NCBI GenBank assembly: GCA_902521955.1
Contig: CABYTP010000005.1
Location: 1-53,965 of the forward strand
Length of the DNA stretch: 53,965 nt
Reading direction: 5' to 3'
Source of the DNA: an uncultured Candidatus Actinomarina sp.
Lineage (GTDB): Bacteria; Actinomycetota; Acidimicrobiia; Actinomarinales; Actinomarinaceae
Part shown: one piece after another, positions 8,663 through 17,744 of the stretch
How the letters are laid out: each line of letters opens with the position of its first letter
Position numbering within the stretch: the stretch's first letter is position 1
The notes under the pieces: model-generated
What the model saw: only the letters and a program-made list of their open reading frames with translations
The model's database searches: none
What the model was told of the DNA's origin: nothing
Made by a program: the position numbers and the translations under genes

Positions 8663-9504
8663 AATTTACAATTATTAAATCTCTTCATTCCTTAGTTAAA
8701 AAGATCCCTATAAAATATTTTTTATATTTATCATACCCAATAGCAATAATTTATTATTTATTAACTCCATACTCAAATTTTAAACTTTCTAAAAGAAAAA
8801 AATACATTGATAATTATTCAATTTTTAAAGTTAAACATAATTATGTTAAATATTGGCTTGAGACTATTTGGCTTACTAAAGAAGGTTATTCTAAATACAT
8901 ATATCCGAACGTAAGCATCGTTAATGAAGAAGTAATAAGAAAATTAAATAAAACACATACATCATATATTTTAGCTTTGCCACATGTAGGTAATTGGGAG
9001 TTTGCAATTCCCATGGGTCAGGAGTTAGATTTAAATCTTGTAGCAGTTGCTGAACCACTTCAAGATTTAAAAATTTTAAATTGGTTTACTTCCCTTAGAG
9101 AACAACTTGGTTGCAAGATTATACTAGGCGGTAAGGGACAAAATACCTTTGATGAAATAATTTCGTTATTGAATAACAACAGTCACGTTTGTTTACTTGC
9201 TGAAAGACATGTAGCAAAAAGTGGTGTAGGTGTAGAATTTTTCAATCAAATGGCTGCATTTCCCAAAGGACCTGTTGCACTCTCATTAGAGACACAATTA
9301 CCTGTGGTTCCAACCGCGTTTATTAAATCTGTTAGTGGGTATGAGCTTCACTTTGGTAAACCATTTATAGTTCCTTATTTCGAAAATCAAGCACAAAGTA
9401 TTCAGCATGGTTTGAAAGTTTTGAGTAAATCCTTAGAGGAACTTATAATGTTAGATCCTAATCAATGGCACTCTATACAGCCAGTGTGGACAAGTGAGTA
9501 TTAA
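8659..9504 (+). CDS. patA: Phosphatidylinositol mannoside acyltransferase (PatA-like)
   Basis: LALPHVGNWE, LLAER, FPKGP, PNQWH motifs; synteny. Confidence 0.85.
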   Translation: MKFTIIKSLHSLVKKIPIKYFLYLSYPIAIIYYLLTPYSNFKLSKRKKYIDNYSIFKVKHNYVKYWLETIWLTKEGYSKYIYPNVSIVNEEVIRKLNKTHTSYILALPHVGNWEFAIPMGQELDLNLVAVAEPLQDLKILNWFTSLREQLGCKIILGGKGQNTFDEIISLLNNNSHVCLLAERHVAKSGVGVEFFNQMAAFPKGPVALSLETQLPVVPTAFIKSVSGYELHFGKPFIVPYFENQAQSIQHGLKVLSKSLEELIMLDPNQWHSIQPVWTSEY

Positions 9505-10480
9505 TATACTTTTAATCACTCCCTACAATATGGAAGCATATGGTGGGGTTCAAAATCAAGTTAATACTATAAATTCATTTTTAAATGAACATGATCAATT
9601 TACTTCTAAAATAGCTGCCCCTAATTCTGAAGACTTTAATATTGGAAATACTATAAACATACCTTTCAATGGCTCTATTTCACCTGTCTGCTTAATCCCG
9701 GTAAAACATAAATTAACTGAAGCTATAAATTGGGCTGATGTTGTTCACATTCATGAACCCTTTGTACCATTAATATTTTGGAAATTACCTAAAAATATAA
9801 AATATATATTTACACATCACGCTTCTTTAAATAATTTTCTAACTTTTTTATTAAGTATTCTTTACACATTTATAAGACGTAATGGGATAAGTACTTATGT
9901 AAGTAGACTATCTAAAAAAAATGCAGTAGCTTTGAATCGAGAACCGCATCTTATTCCTAATATGTTCTATTTAGATAACGATGTAGATTTTGAATTAAAA
10001 AAAAGGTTTCTTTTTATTGGTAGAGATGAAAAACGTAAAAACTTAAAATTATATAAAAATTATGTTCAGAGCTTTTATGACTCACAATTTAAATATAGTG
10101 CAATTACAAATACTGAAATTAAGAATATTCATATTGATACATTTTTAAATCCTAATGACGATGATAAAAATAAAATATTAAATGATTCTGATATCTACTT
10201 AGCTTTAAACACCCGTGGAGAAAGTTTTGGTATAACTTTAATTGAAGCTATCAATTCCGGAAATATAGTTATTTCAAGCAATATTAAAGCATTTAAAAAT
10301 CTTCTCGGCGATTCAGGTGTTTATTTTAAAAATAATTCTCTAACTTCTCTTAATGATGTAATAGAAGTGATCAAAAAAGAAGATCTTTATAATATGTGGT
10401 TAAAGCAAAAAAAATATATAAATAAGTATGAAATTAGTAAAAATATGGAGAAGTTGATTTCATTGTATTTGAGCATTTAG
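9494..10480 (+). CDS. pimA: GT4 glycosyltransferase, phosphatidyl-myo-inositol mannosyltransferase
   Basis: PY....GGVQ, IPFNGS, HIHEP, GESFGITLIEA; synteny. Confidence 0.8.
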   Translation: MSINILLITPYNMEAYGGVQNQVNTINSFLNEHDQFTSKIAAPNSEDFNIGNTINIPFNGSISPVCLIPVKHKLTEAINWADVVHIHEPFVPLIFWKLPKNIKYIFTHHASLNNFLTFLLSILYTFIRRNGISTYVSRLSKKNAVALNREPHLIPNMFYLDNDVDFELKKRFLFIGRDEKRKNLKLYKNYVQSFYDSQFKYSAITNTEIKNIHIDTFLNPNDDDKNKILNDSDIYLALNTRGESFGITLIEAINSGNIVISSNIKAFKNLLGDSGVYFKNNSLTSLNDVIEVIKKEDLYNMWLKQKKYINKYEISKNMEKLISLYLSI

Positions 10481-10495
10481 AGTACAATAAGAAAT

Positions 10496-11380
10496 ATGAA
10501 AATTGAATCAACTGATAAAGTTAAAAAAGGCCTTGCTGAAATGTTAAAAGGTGGGGTTATCATGGATGTTGTCAACGCAGAGCAAGCTGTAATAGCTGAA
10601 AAATCTGGTGCTGTTGCAGTTATGGCATTAGAGAGAATACCTGCAGACATCAGAGCTGATGGCGGTGTAGCACGCATGTCTTCAGTTGGTGTAATTCAAG
10701 AAGTTATGGATTCTGTCTCTATACCTGTTATGGCTAAAGCAAGGATCGGGCATTTTGTTGAAGCTCAGATATTAGACTCTCTTGGAATTGATTTTATAGA
10801 CGAATCTGAAGTATTGACACCAGCAGATGAGGTAAATCATATAAACAAACAAACATTTAAAGCGCCATTTGTATGTGGAGCAACAGATATTGGTGAGGCT
10901 ACAAGAAGAATTGCAGAGGGTGCTTCAATGATAAGAACAAAAGGTGAAGCTGGAACAGGGAATGTAGTAGAAGCTGTTAGGCATATGAGAACTATTACAA
11001 ATCAATTAAATGAAGTTTTAACTTGTGATGAAAATCAATTAGTTGCCTTAGGAAAAAAGTTTGGAGCTCCATTAAATGTTTTACAGCAAATTAAAGAACA
11101 AAACAAATTACCAGTTGTTAATTTCGCAGCTGGGGGTATAGCTACACCTGCTGATGCAGCTTTAATGATGCAATTAGGTTGCGATGGTGTTTTTGTTGGT
11201 TCTGGTATTTTTAAAAGTGGGGATCCAGCTGAAAGAGCAGAGGCAATTGTTATTGCTACTACTAACTTCAATGATCCAAAAATTTTAGGTGAAGTATCGA
11301 AAGATCTTGGCGAACCTATGGTCGGGATTAATATAGATACATTATCAGAAGAAGAGAAATTAGCTAAAAGAGGTTGGTAA
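10496..11380 (+). CDS. pdxS: Pyridoxal 5'-phosphate synthase, lyase subunit
   Basis: [47 protein letters not shown]. Confidence 0.99.
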   Translation: MKIESTDKVKKGLAEMLKGGVIMDVVNAEQAVIAEKSGAVAVMALERIPADIRADGGVARMSSVGVIQEVMDSVSIPVMAKARIGHFVEAQILDSLGIDFIDESEVLTPADEVNHINKQTFKAPFVCGATDIGEATRRIAEGASMIRTKGEAGTGNVVEAVRHMRTITNQLNEVLTCDENQLVALGKKFGAPLNVLQQIKEQNKLPVVNFAAGGIATPADAALMMQLGCDGVFVGSGIFKSGDPAERAEAIVIATTNFNDPKILGEVSKDLGEPMVGINIDTLSEEEKLAKRGW

Positions 11381-11962
11381 TTGAAAGTTGGAATACTTTC
11401 ATTCCAAGGAAGCTTTTTTGATCATTCAAAAAGTATTGAAACAATTGGCTATTCTCCAGTTTTTATAAAACACGATACAAATATTCAAGATTTAGACGCT
11501 TTAATTCTTCCTGGCGGCGAATCAACTGCAATGAATAAAATTAATAATTACCAAAACATATTTAATGATTTAGATATATTAATAAAATCTGGTATTCCTA
11601 CTCTAAGTACTTGTGCTGGAACTATATTGTTAGCTAATCAAGTAGTTGGAGGTAACATAACGATTCCTAATATTGATATACAAATAACGAGAAATGCATA
11701 CGGACGTCAAACAGAATCTTTTGAGGGTAGTGTAAGTTTTTTTGATAATGAAGATATTTACTGTTTTATTAGAGCACCAAAAATAACACAATTACTTTCT
11801 GATGATGTAAAAGTAATTGCAAAACATGACTCAGATATAGTAGGGGTCCAACAAAAAAATATTGTTGCTTTAACCTTCCATCCTGAACTTAATAACGATA
11901 GATATTATTTAGATTGGCTACATAATTTTATTAAAGAAGGTAAAAATGTCAGGACATTCTAA
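11381..11962 (+). CDS. pdxT: Pyridoxal 5'-phosphate synthase, glutaminase subunit
   Basis: LPGGEST, TCAG, RNAYGRQ, FIRAP, FHPEL. Confidence 0.97.
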   Translation: MKVGILSFQGSFFDHSKSIETIGYSPVFIKHDTNIQDLDALILPGGESTAMNKINNYQNIFNDLDILIKSGIPTLSTCAGTILLANQVVGGNITIPNIDIQITRNAYGRQTESFEGSVSFFDNEDIYCFIRAPKITQLLSDDVKVIAKHDSDIVGVQQKNIVALTFHPELNNDRYYLDWLHNFIKEGKNVRTF

Positions 11963-12689
11963 ATGGTCTACAATAAAACGAAAAAAAGGTGCAAATGATG
12001 CTAAAAGAGGCAAATTATTTGCAAAACTAGTAAAAGCAATTGAAGTTGCAGCAAAAAATGGCGGTACAGATCCATCAGCTAACGCTGCCTTATATCAAGC
12101 TATATCAAAAGCAAAATCTAACTCAGTACCAAATGATAATATAGAACGAGCTCTCAAAAGAGTCGATGGTGATTCTGATGGTGGAGAAATATTTGAACTT
12201 ACTTATGAAGGTTATGGACCCCACGGTGTAGCAATATTAATCAACTGTCTAACAGATAATAAAAATCGCACATCTTCTGATGTTAGGGCTGTGTTAACAA
12301 AGAATAGTGGTTCTATGGGAAATCCAGGTAGCGTAGCGTATTTGTTTGAACTAAAAGCAATATTTCAATTTGAGAAATATGATGATGAACTAATAGAATT
12401 AGCAATAAACAATAACTGCTTAGACATTCAAGAGTCAAATAATGGAATTACACTAGAGTTTGAACCAAGTATTTTTAAAACAGTATATGAATCTTTCAAT
12501 AGCAATTCTTATCAACCTAGTAATGCAGAAATAGCAAATATACCATCATCTTCTATAAATTTAGACCCAACTCAATTTACTCAAATCACAAAATTAATAG
12601 AATCACTTGAAGATTTAGATGATGTACAAGACGTTTATGCAAATTTTGATATAGAAGAAAAAGATTTAGAGTCATTACTTTCTGAATAA
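11946..12689 (+). CDS. yebC: YebC/PmpR family protein
   Basis: MSGHSKWSTIK, YEGYGP, TDNKNRT, LEDLDDVQDVY. Confidence 0.98.
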   Translation: MSGHSKWSTIKRKKGANDAKRGKLFAKLVKAIEVAAKNGGTDPSANAALYQAISKAKSNSVPNDNIERALKRVDGDSDGGEIFELTYEGYGPHGVAILINCLTDNKNRTSSDVRAVLTKNSGSMGNPGSVAYLFELKAIFQFEKYDDELIELAINNNCLDIQESNNGITLEFEPSIFKTVYESFNSNSYQPSNAEIANIPSSSINLDPTQFTQITKLIESLEDLDDVQDVYANFDIEEKDLESLLSE

Positions 12690-12708
12690 TAAAAACTAAT
12701 ATTTATAT

Positions 12709-13062
12709 ATGGTAAATAAAGCAAAAAAACAGGGTACTACTTACGAAACTAATATAGTAAATAGGTTAAATAAAAATAAATCTTTCAAATCACAAAGGTT
12801 TGCTGAAGGTGGATCCAATGATTTAGGTGATATACAGTTATTAGTTGGAGATGAAGAATACTTTATAGAAGCAAAATCAAGACAAAATTTGAATATCCAT
12901 CAATCACTTGATAAGGCTTTAGATAAATCCGGAAGTATAAATACAATTTTGTTTTGGAAGAAATTAAAAAAAAGGGATGGTAATTCAAGAAGATCATCCG
13001 ACGGAATACCAGAAGTTGTAACTATGTCCTACGATTTGTTTGTTAAATTAATGAACAAGTAA
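12709..13062 (+). CDS. Hjc/phage-type PD-(D/E)XK Holliday junction resolvase-like nuclease
   Basis: K..GT.YE (KKQGTTYE), GD (DLGDI), IEAK; 117 aa; located where ruvCAB normally lies. Confidence 0.75.
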   Translation: MVNKAKKQGTTYETNIVNRLNKNKSFKSQRFAEGGSNDLGDIQLLVGDEEYFIEAKSRQNLNIHQSLDKALDKSGSINTILFWKKLKKRDGNSRRSSDGIPEVVTMSYDLFVKLMNK

Positions 13063-14057
13063 TGCCTTTCAAATCAAAAATACTTGATTACCATCTTCCA
13101 CCAGAATCAATAAATCAAAATCCTTATAAGGATCCCAACAACTCACGATTATTAATAGCAAATACAAGAGAAATAATTACGTTTGATAATTTACCATCAA
13201 TCATAAATAAACCTTCATTGTTTATATTGAATAAATCAACAGTTCAAAATGTAAGAGTAAAAACTAATAAATTGACTGGTGGCTCAATTGAGATATTTTT
13301 TCTTGAAATTCTTGAAGATAAAATTGCAAAATGTTTGATCAAATCTTCTGACAAAAAGCATTTAAATAAGCATTACAATCTTAAAATTTTTGATTTTGAA
13401 ATTATAAATATCAATAATGACACTTTTCACATAAAAACATCATTAAAAATTGAAGAAATATTATCAAAGCACGGTAAAACACCGTTACCACCATATATTG
13501 AAGATGATAAGCACAAGTATAAATATTACAACAATCAATTCTCAGATGGTGGTTTTTCTGTAGCTTCACCTACTGCTGGTTTACATTTTACAAATGATCT
13601 TATAGAGCGGTTAAAAAAAGATGGTCATAAATTTGTATATATTAATCTTGATGTAAATATTGACACTTTTAAACCGGTTACCTCTGAATACTTAGACCAA
13701 CACAACATACATGAAGAAAAATATCGAGTCTTAGAGAGTGATTTTAATAAAATATTAAAGGCAAAAGAGGTAGGGATTGACATATACTGCGTAGGTACAA
13801 CTTCACTGAGGACCATAGAAACAGTTTATTTAACAAAAAATTTATCTGGTAAAACTGATTATTTCATTTTTCCTGATACAAAAATTAATATCCCAGATTA
13901 TCTAATTACTAATTTTCACGCACCTAAAAGTTCACTCCTTTCAATTGTTTCAGCAATATATGGAAATGCATGGATCGAACTGTATAAGCATGCTTTAGAT
14001 TCTGATATGAAATTCTTAAGTTTCGGTGATGCAGTACTATTTGAAGTAAATGAATAA
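13062..14057 (+). CDS. queA: S-adenosylmethionine:tRNA ribosyltransferase-isomerase
   Basis: DYHLP, PLPPYI, SVASPTAGLHF, VGTTS.R, TNFHAPKSSL, FLSFGDA. Confidence 0.96.
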   Translation: MPFKSKILDYHLPPESINQNPYKDPNNSRLLIANTREIITFDNLPSIINKPSLFILNKSTVQNVRVKTNKLTGGSIEIFFLEILEDKIAKCLIKSSDKKHLNKHYNLKIFDFEIININNDTFHIKTSLKIEEILSKHGKTPLPPYIEDDKHKYKYYNNQFSDGGFSVASPTAGLHFTNDLIERLKKDGHKFVYINLDVNIDTFKPVTSEYLDQHNIHEEKYRVLESDFNKILKAKEVGIDIYCVGTTSLRTIETVYLTKNLSGKTDYFIFPDTKINIPDYLITNFHAPKSSLLSIVSAIYGNAWIELYKHALDSDMKFLSFGDAVLFEVNE

Positions 14058-15135
14058 TATAAAAGTTAATACCATTGCTGTTGATGGTAAGGCACGTTTA
14101 AATGAGGTTACGTTAAATGGTAAAGTTTTTAAAACACCGATGTTTATGCCCGTTGCAACTAAAGGGGCTCTAAAATCTCTTCCATTTAAATATTTACAGC
14201 AAACAGATTTCATTCTTGGCAATACATATCATCTTTATTTACGTCCTGGACTTGATGTAATAAAGAAATTTAATGGCCTTCATGATTTTATTGGTTGGAA
14301 AAAATTAATTTTAACTGATTCAGGTGGTTTCCAGGGGTGGTCTATTCCAAATAAATTTAAAGACGATGGTATTGAATTTAAAAATATATATGATGGATCT
14401 AAATTTTTCATGAATCCAAAACTATCAATGGATATCCAACAAACACTAAATAGCGATATTGCCATGATTTTAGACAGCTTAATTGACATAGATAGTGAAT
14501 TCGATGCTCAATTAAAGTCAATTGATACGACCAATAGGTGGGCAACGGAGGCACGAGAATATCATTCTAATGAAAATCAGTCACTTTTTGGAATCATTCA
14601 AGGGGGAAGGCATAAAGAACTCAGGGAGAAGTCAACTACTGATATGATTTCTCTAGATTTTAACGGGTATGCTATCGGAGGATTAGCAATTGGAGAAAGC
14701 CCAGAGGAAAGAAAAGAGATTGTGAATTTTACAATAGAAATGCTTCCAAAAGAAAAACTACGTTATGTAATGGGTTTAGGTGACATCAATGGAATGTTAG
14801 AACTTATCGAACTTGGAGTAGATATGTTTGATTGTGTATGGCCAGCCAGATTAGCTAGGCATGGAAAAATAATAAATAAAGGAAACTTTTTTAACCTAAA
14901 AAACAATAAATTCAGATTAGATTCTGAACCACTAGTTAAAGGTTGTGTATGTTTTACATGCTTAAATTACTCTAAATCATATTTAAGACATCTATTAATA
15001 AATGAAAGCACATCATCTTGGTTTTATTTAACTTTACACAACTTTGTACAGACTGAAAATATACTTAACGAAGTACGAGAAAGTATATTAAACTCAGAAT
15101 TTGATAAATATAAAGAAAGTATTTTAAATGGATGA
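14050..15135 (+). CDS. tgt: tRNA-guanine transglycosylase
   Basis: FMPVAT, NTYHL, TDSGGFQ, GIIQGG, DMFDCV, Zn site CxCxxC...H. Confidence 0.96.
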   Translation: MNNIKVNTIAVDGKARLNEVTLNGKVFKTPMFMPVATKGALKSLPFKYLQQTDFILGNTYHLYLRPGLDVIKKFNGLHDFIGWKKLILTDSGGFQGWSIPNKFKDDGIEFKNIYDGSKFFMNPKLSMDIQQTLNSDIAMILDSLIDIDSEFDAQLKSIDTTNRWATEAREYHSNENQSLFGIIQGGRHKELREKSTTDMISLDFNGYAIGGLAIGESPEERKEIVNFTIEMLPKEKLRYVMGLGDINGMLELIELGVDMFDCVWPARLARHGKIINKGNFFNLKNNKFRLDSEPLVKGCVCFTCLNYSKSYLRHLLINESTSSWFYLTLHNFVQTENILNEVRESILNSEFDKYKESILNG

Positions 15136-15376
15136 ATTGTTAGCACTACTACCTCTAATTACCGTATTTTTAATTTTTTATGTGATTTTATACATTCCTC
15201 AACGACGAAGGCAAAAAAAACATAAACAGTATGTTGATTCTTTAACTATTGGAGATCAAGTTATTACTGATTCAGGAATACATGGTAGGGTAGTCAACAT
15301 AAAGGATGAAACAGTTTCTTTGGTAATAAAAAAAGGTGAGATAGAAATATTGAAATCTAATATTTCATATAAATAA
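15128..15376 (+). CDS. yajC: Preprotein translocase subunit YajC
   Basis: TM followed by PQRRRQK, GDQVIT.SGIHG. Confidence 0.93.
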   Translation: MDELLALLPLITVFLIFYVILYIPQRRRQKKHKQYVDSLTIGDQVITDSGIHGRVVNIKDETVSLVIKKGEIEILKSNISYK

Positions 15377-15379
15377 ACT

Positions 15380-16825
15380 ATGAAAAGAATATTAAAACTA
15401 CTTTTTTTACCGATTATCTCAATAACTCTTTTTTTATACACTTATACAAACCAAATACAACCGAAGCTTGGATTAGATTTACAAGGTGGCATCTCAGTAA
15501 TACTCACAGCTGAAGAAGGTACTGACAAAGAATTAATCGAACAAGCTGTAGAAATAATGAGAACTAGAATTGCCGCATTCGGTGATGTACAAGAACCCGA
15601 AATCTCTATTAGTGGTGAAAATTCTGTACTTGTTCAATTACCTGGTATTACAGACCAAGAAAAAGCTCTTGAAGCCGTTGGTACAACAGGACTCTTAACA
15701 TTTAGGCCAGTATTAGATTCTTCACTAAATCTAGGATATTCTCCTGCTTTAGAAGTAATTCCTAACCCGGATGAACCTGATAACCCAACTGTAAACGCAC
15801 CGGAAGGTGTTGATGACATAACAGGTATTACAATTGAAGATGATCCTGACGAAATTTCATATCTGCTTTCATTAAGAGATGGTTATCCTGTTATTTATGA
15901 ATTAGGACCTGCAGAACTTACAGGTAGTGATATTCAAGACGCATTAGCAGTTTATCCTCAAAATGAATGGATAGTTCAGCTAGTACTTAAAGATGAATCT
16001 GAGCAAAAATTTACAGATTTAACAAAAAAACTCGCTTCTTTTACTGGAGAACAAAGAAAACTAGCGATTGTTTTAGACAGTCAAGTTATCTCAGCTCCTG
16101 GTATTGCTTTAGATGTTAATCCAAATACAGGAATTACTGGTGGTACTGCTGCTATTTCTATGGGTAATGCTGATCAAGGAGAATCAGCAAACAACCTTGC
16201 AGTTATTTTAAGATACGGTGCTTTACCTGTATCATTTGAGAGATCTAGTATTCAAAAAGTTTCAGCAACACTCGGCGAGAATACTTTAAACCTTGGTCTT
16301 CAAGCAGGATTAGTTGGGTTGATTATTGTTAGTTTTTTCTTACTAATTTACTATAGGTTGAATGGTGCTGTAGCAATTCTAGGTCTTTCTTCATTTGGTG
16401 CTTTATTTTATTCAGTTATTGCTCTGCTTGGAGAATTTCAAGGATACACACTCACACTCGCTGGTATCGCTGGTGTAATAGTCTCAATTGGTCTAACAGC
16501 CGATTCATATATTGTTATTTTTGAAAAATTAAAAGATGAATTAAAAGTTGGAAGATCATTTAATTTTGCAACTGAAAAAGCTGTAAAGGAAGCTTGGAAT
16601 ACCATTTTAGTAGCTGATTTTGTATCAATTATTGCATCTGTAATTTTATACATTCTTGCAGTAGGTCCTATTAGGGGATTTGCATTAACCTTGGGTGTCG
16701 CAACTCTATTTGATTTATTCTATACGAGATTATTTATAGGTAATGCAGTTCCTACAATCGGATTCATTACAGATAATCCTAGATTTTACTATCCACTTAC
16801 AAAAAAGGATATAGCGGATGTTTAA
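15380..16825 (+). CDS. secD: Protein translocase subunit SecD
   Basis: LGLDLQGG, AIVLD, LRYGALP, LTLAGIAG, D..IVIFE. Confidence 0.97.
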   Translation: MKRILKLLFLPIISITLFLYTYTNQIQPKLGLDLQGGISVILTAEEGTDKELIEQAVEIMRTRIAAFGDVQEPEISISGENSVLVQLPGITDQEKALEAVGTTGLLTFRPVLDSSLNLGYSPALEVIPNPDEPDNPTVNAPEGVDDITGITIEDDPDEISYLLSLRDGYPVIYELGPAELTGSDIQDALAVYPQNEWIVQLVLKDESEQKFTDLTKKLASFTGEQRKLAIVLDSQVISAPGIALDVNPNTGITGGTAAISMGNADQGESANNLAVILRYGALPVSFERSSIQKVSATLGENTLNLGLQAGLVGLIIVSFFLLIYYRLNGAVAILGLSSFGALFYSVIALLGEFQGYTLTLAGIAGVIVSIGLTADSYIVIFEKLKDELKVGRSFNFATEKAVKEAWNTILVADFVSIIASVILYILAVGPIRGFALTLGVATLFDLFYTRLFIGNAVPTIGFITDNPRFYYPLTKKDIADV

Positions 16826-17726
16826 AAGATTATTTCTAGGTACAACAAATATTGATTTTAAAAATTTAGGAAGTAAATTTTACAAAGTTTTTATTGTTGA
16901 GTTTATATTGTTCGCTGCCATTATCCTAAGTTCTATATTTGGATTATTATCTTTAAATCTATCTGTAGATTTTACAGGTGGTACAACATATCAATTATCA
17001 ACAAACTATACAGAAAATGATATAAATGATGTTCTAAATAATAATATTTTACAAGTATCAAGATATCAAACATTTGAAAATTCAGATACAATAATCTTCC
17101 GTGCTATTGAATCTACTCAAGAAATTGAAACTCAATTATTAAATTATCTATCAGATAAATTTAATGTTGATACTTCTGAAATAGACTTTCAACGTGTTGG
17201 GCCAACATTTGGACAAGATATAACGGAAAAGGGGATAAGAGCTCTTGTAATTTTCATTACTATTATTGCATTACTTATCTCTATTAGATACGAATACAAG
17301 TATGCTTTTATTGCTTTGGTTGCGTTGCTTCACGATCTTTTTTTAACATTTTCTATTTATATTGTTATCGGTTTAGAAATTACACCTTCGACAATAATTG
17401 CCTTGCTTACTATATTGGGTTATTCACTTTATGATACCGTCATATTATTTGATAAATTAAAAGATTCTCAAAGGTCTTTTAAAATTGCAACACTGAATAA
17501 AGATGTTCTTAATAAAACATTTAACGAAGTTCTAATGAGAAGTATCAATACATCGTTAACATCTGCAATTCCAATAATCTCAATAATATTTATTGGTAAT
17601 TATTTAGGAATCGAAGGTAATTTATCTGATTTTGCTATCCCACTACTTATTGGTATTGTTTCAGGTACGTATAGCTCTATTTTTGTTACAGTACCATTTT
17701 TATCAAAGATAATTAAAACTAATTAA
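16818..17726 (+). CDS. secF: Protein translocase subunit SecF
   Basis: VDFTGG, VGPTFG, HD, LTILGYSLYDTV, RSINTS, GTYSSIF. Confidence 0.97.
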   Translation: MFKRLFLGTTNIDFKNLGSKFYKVFIVEFILFAAIILSSIFGLLSLNLSVDFTGGTTYQLSTNYTENDINDVLNNNILQVSRYQTFENSDTIIFRAIESTQEIETQLLNYLSDKFNVDTSEIDFQRVGPTFGQDITEKGIRALVIFITIIALLISIRYEYKYAFIALVALLHDLFLTFSIYIVIGLEITPSTIIALLTILGYSLYDTVILFDKLKDSQRSFKIATLNKDVLNKTFNEVLMRSINTSLTSAIPIISIIFIGNYLGIEGNLSDFAIPLLIGIVSGTYSSIFVTVPFLSKIIKTN

Positions 17727-17744
17727 ATTTAGTACCATTAAGAT

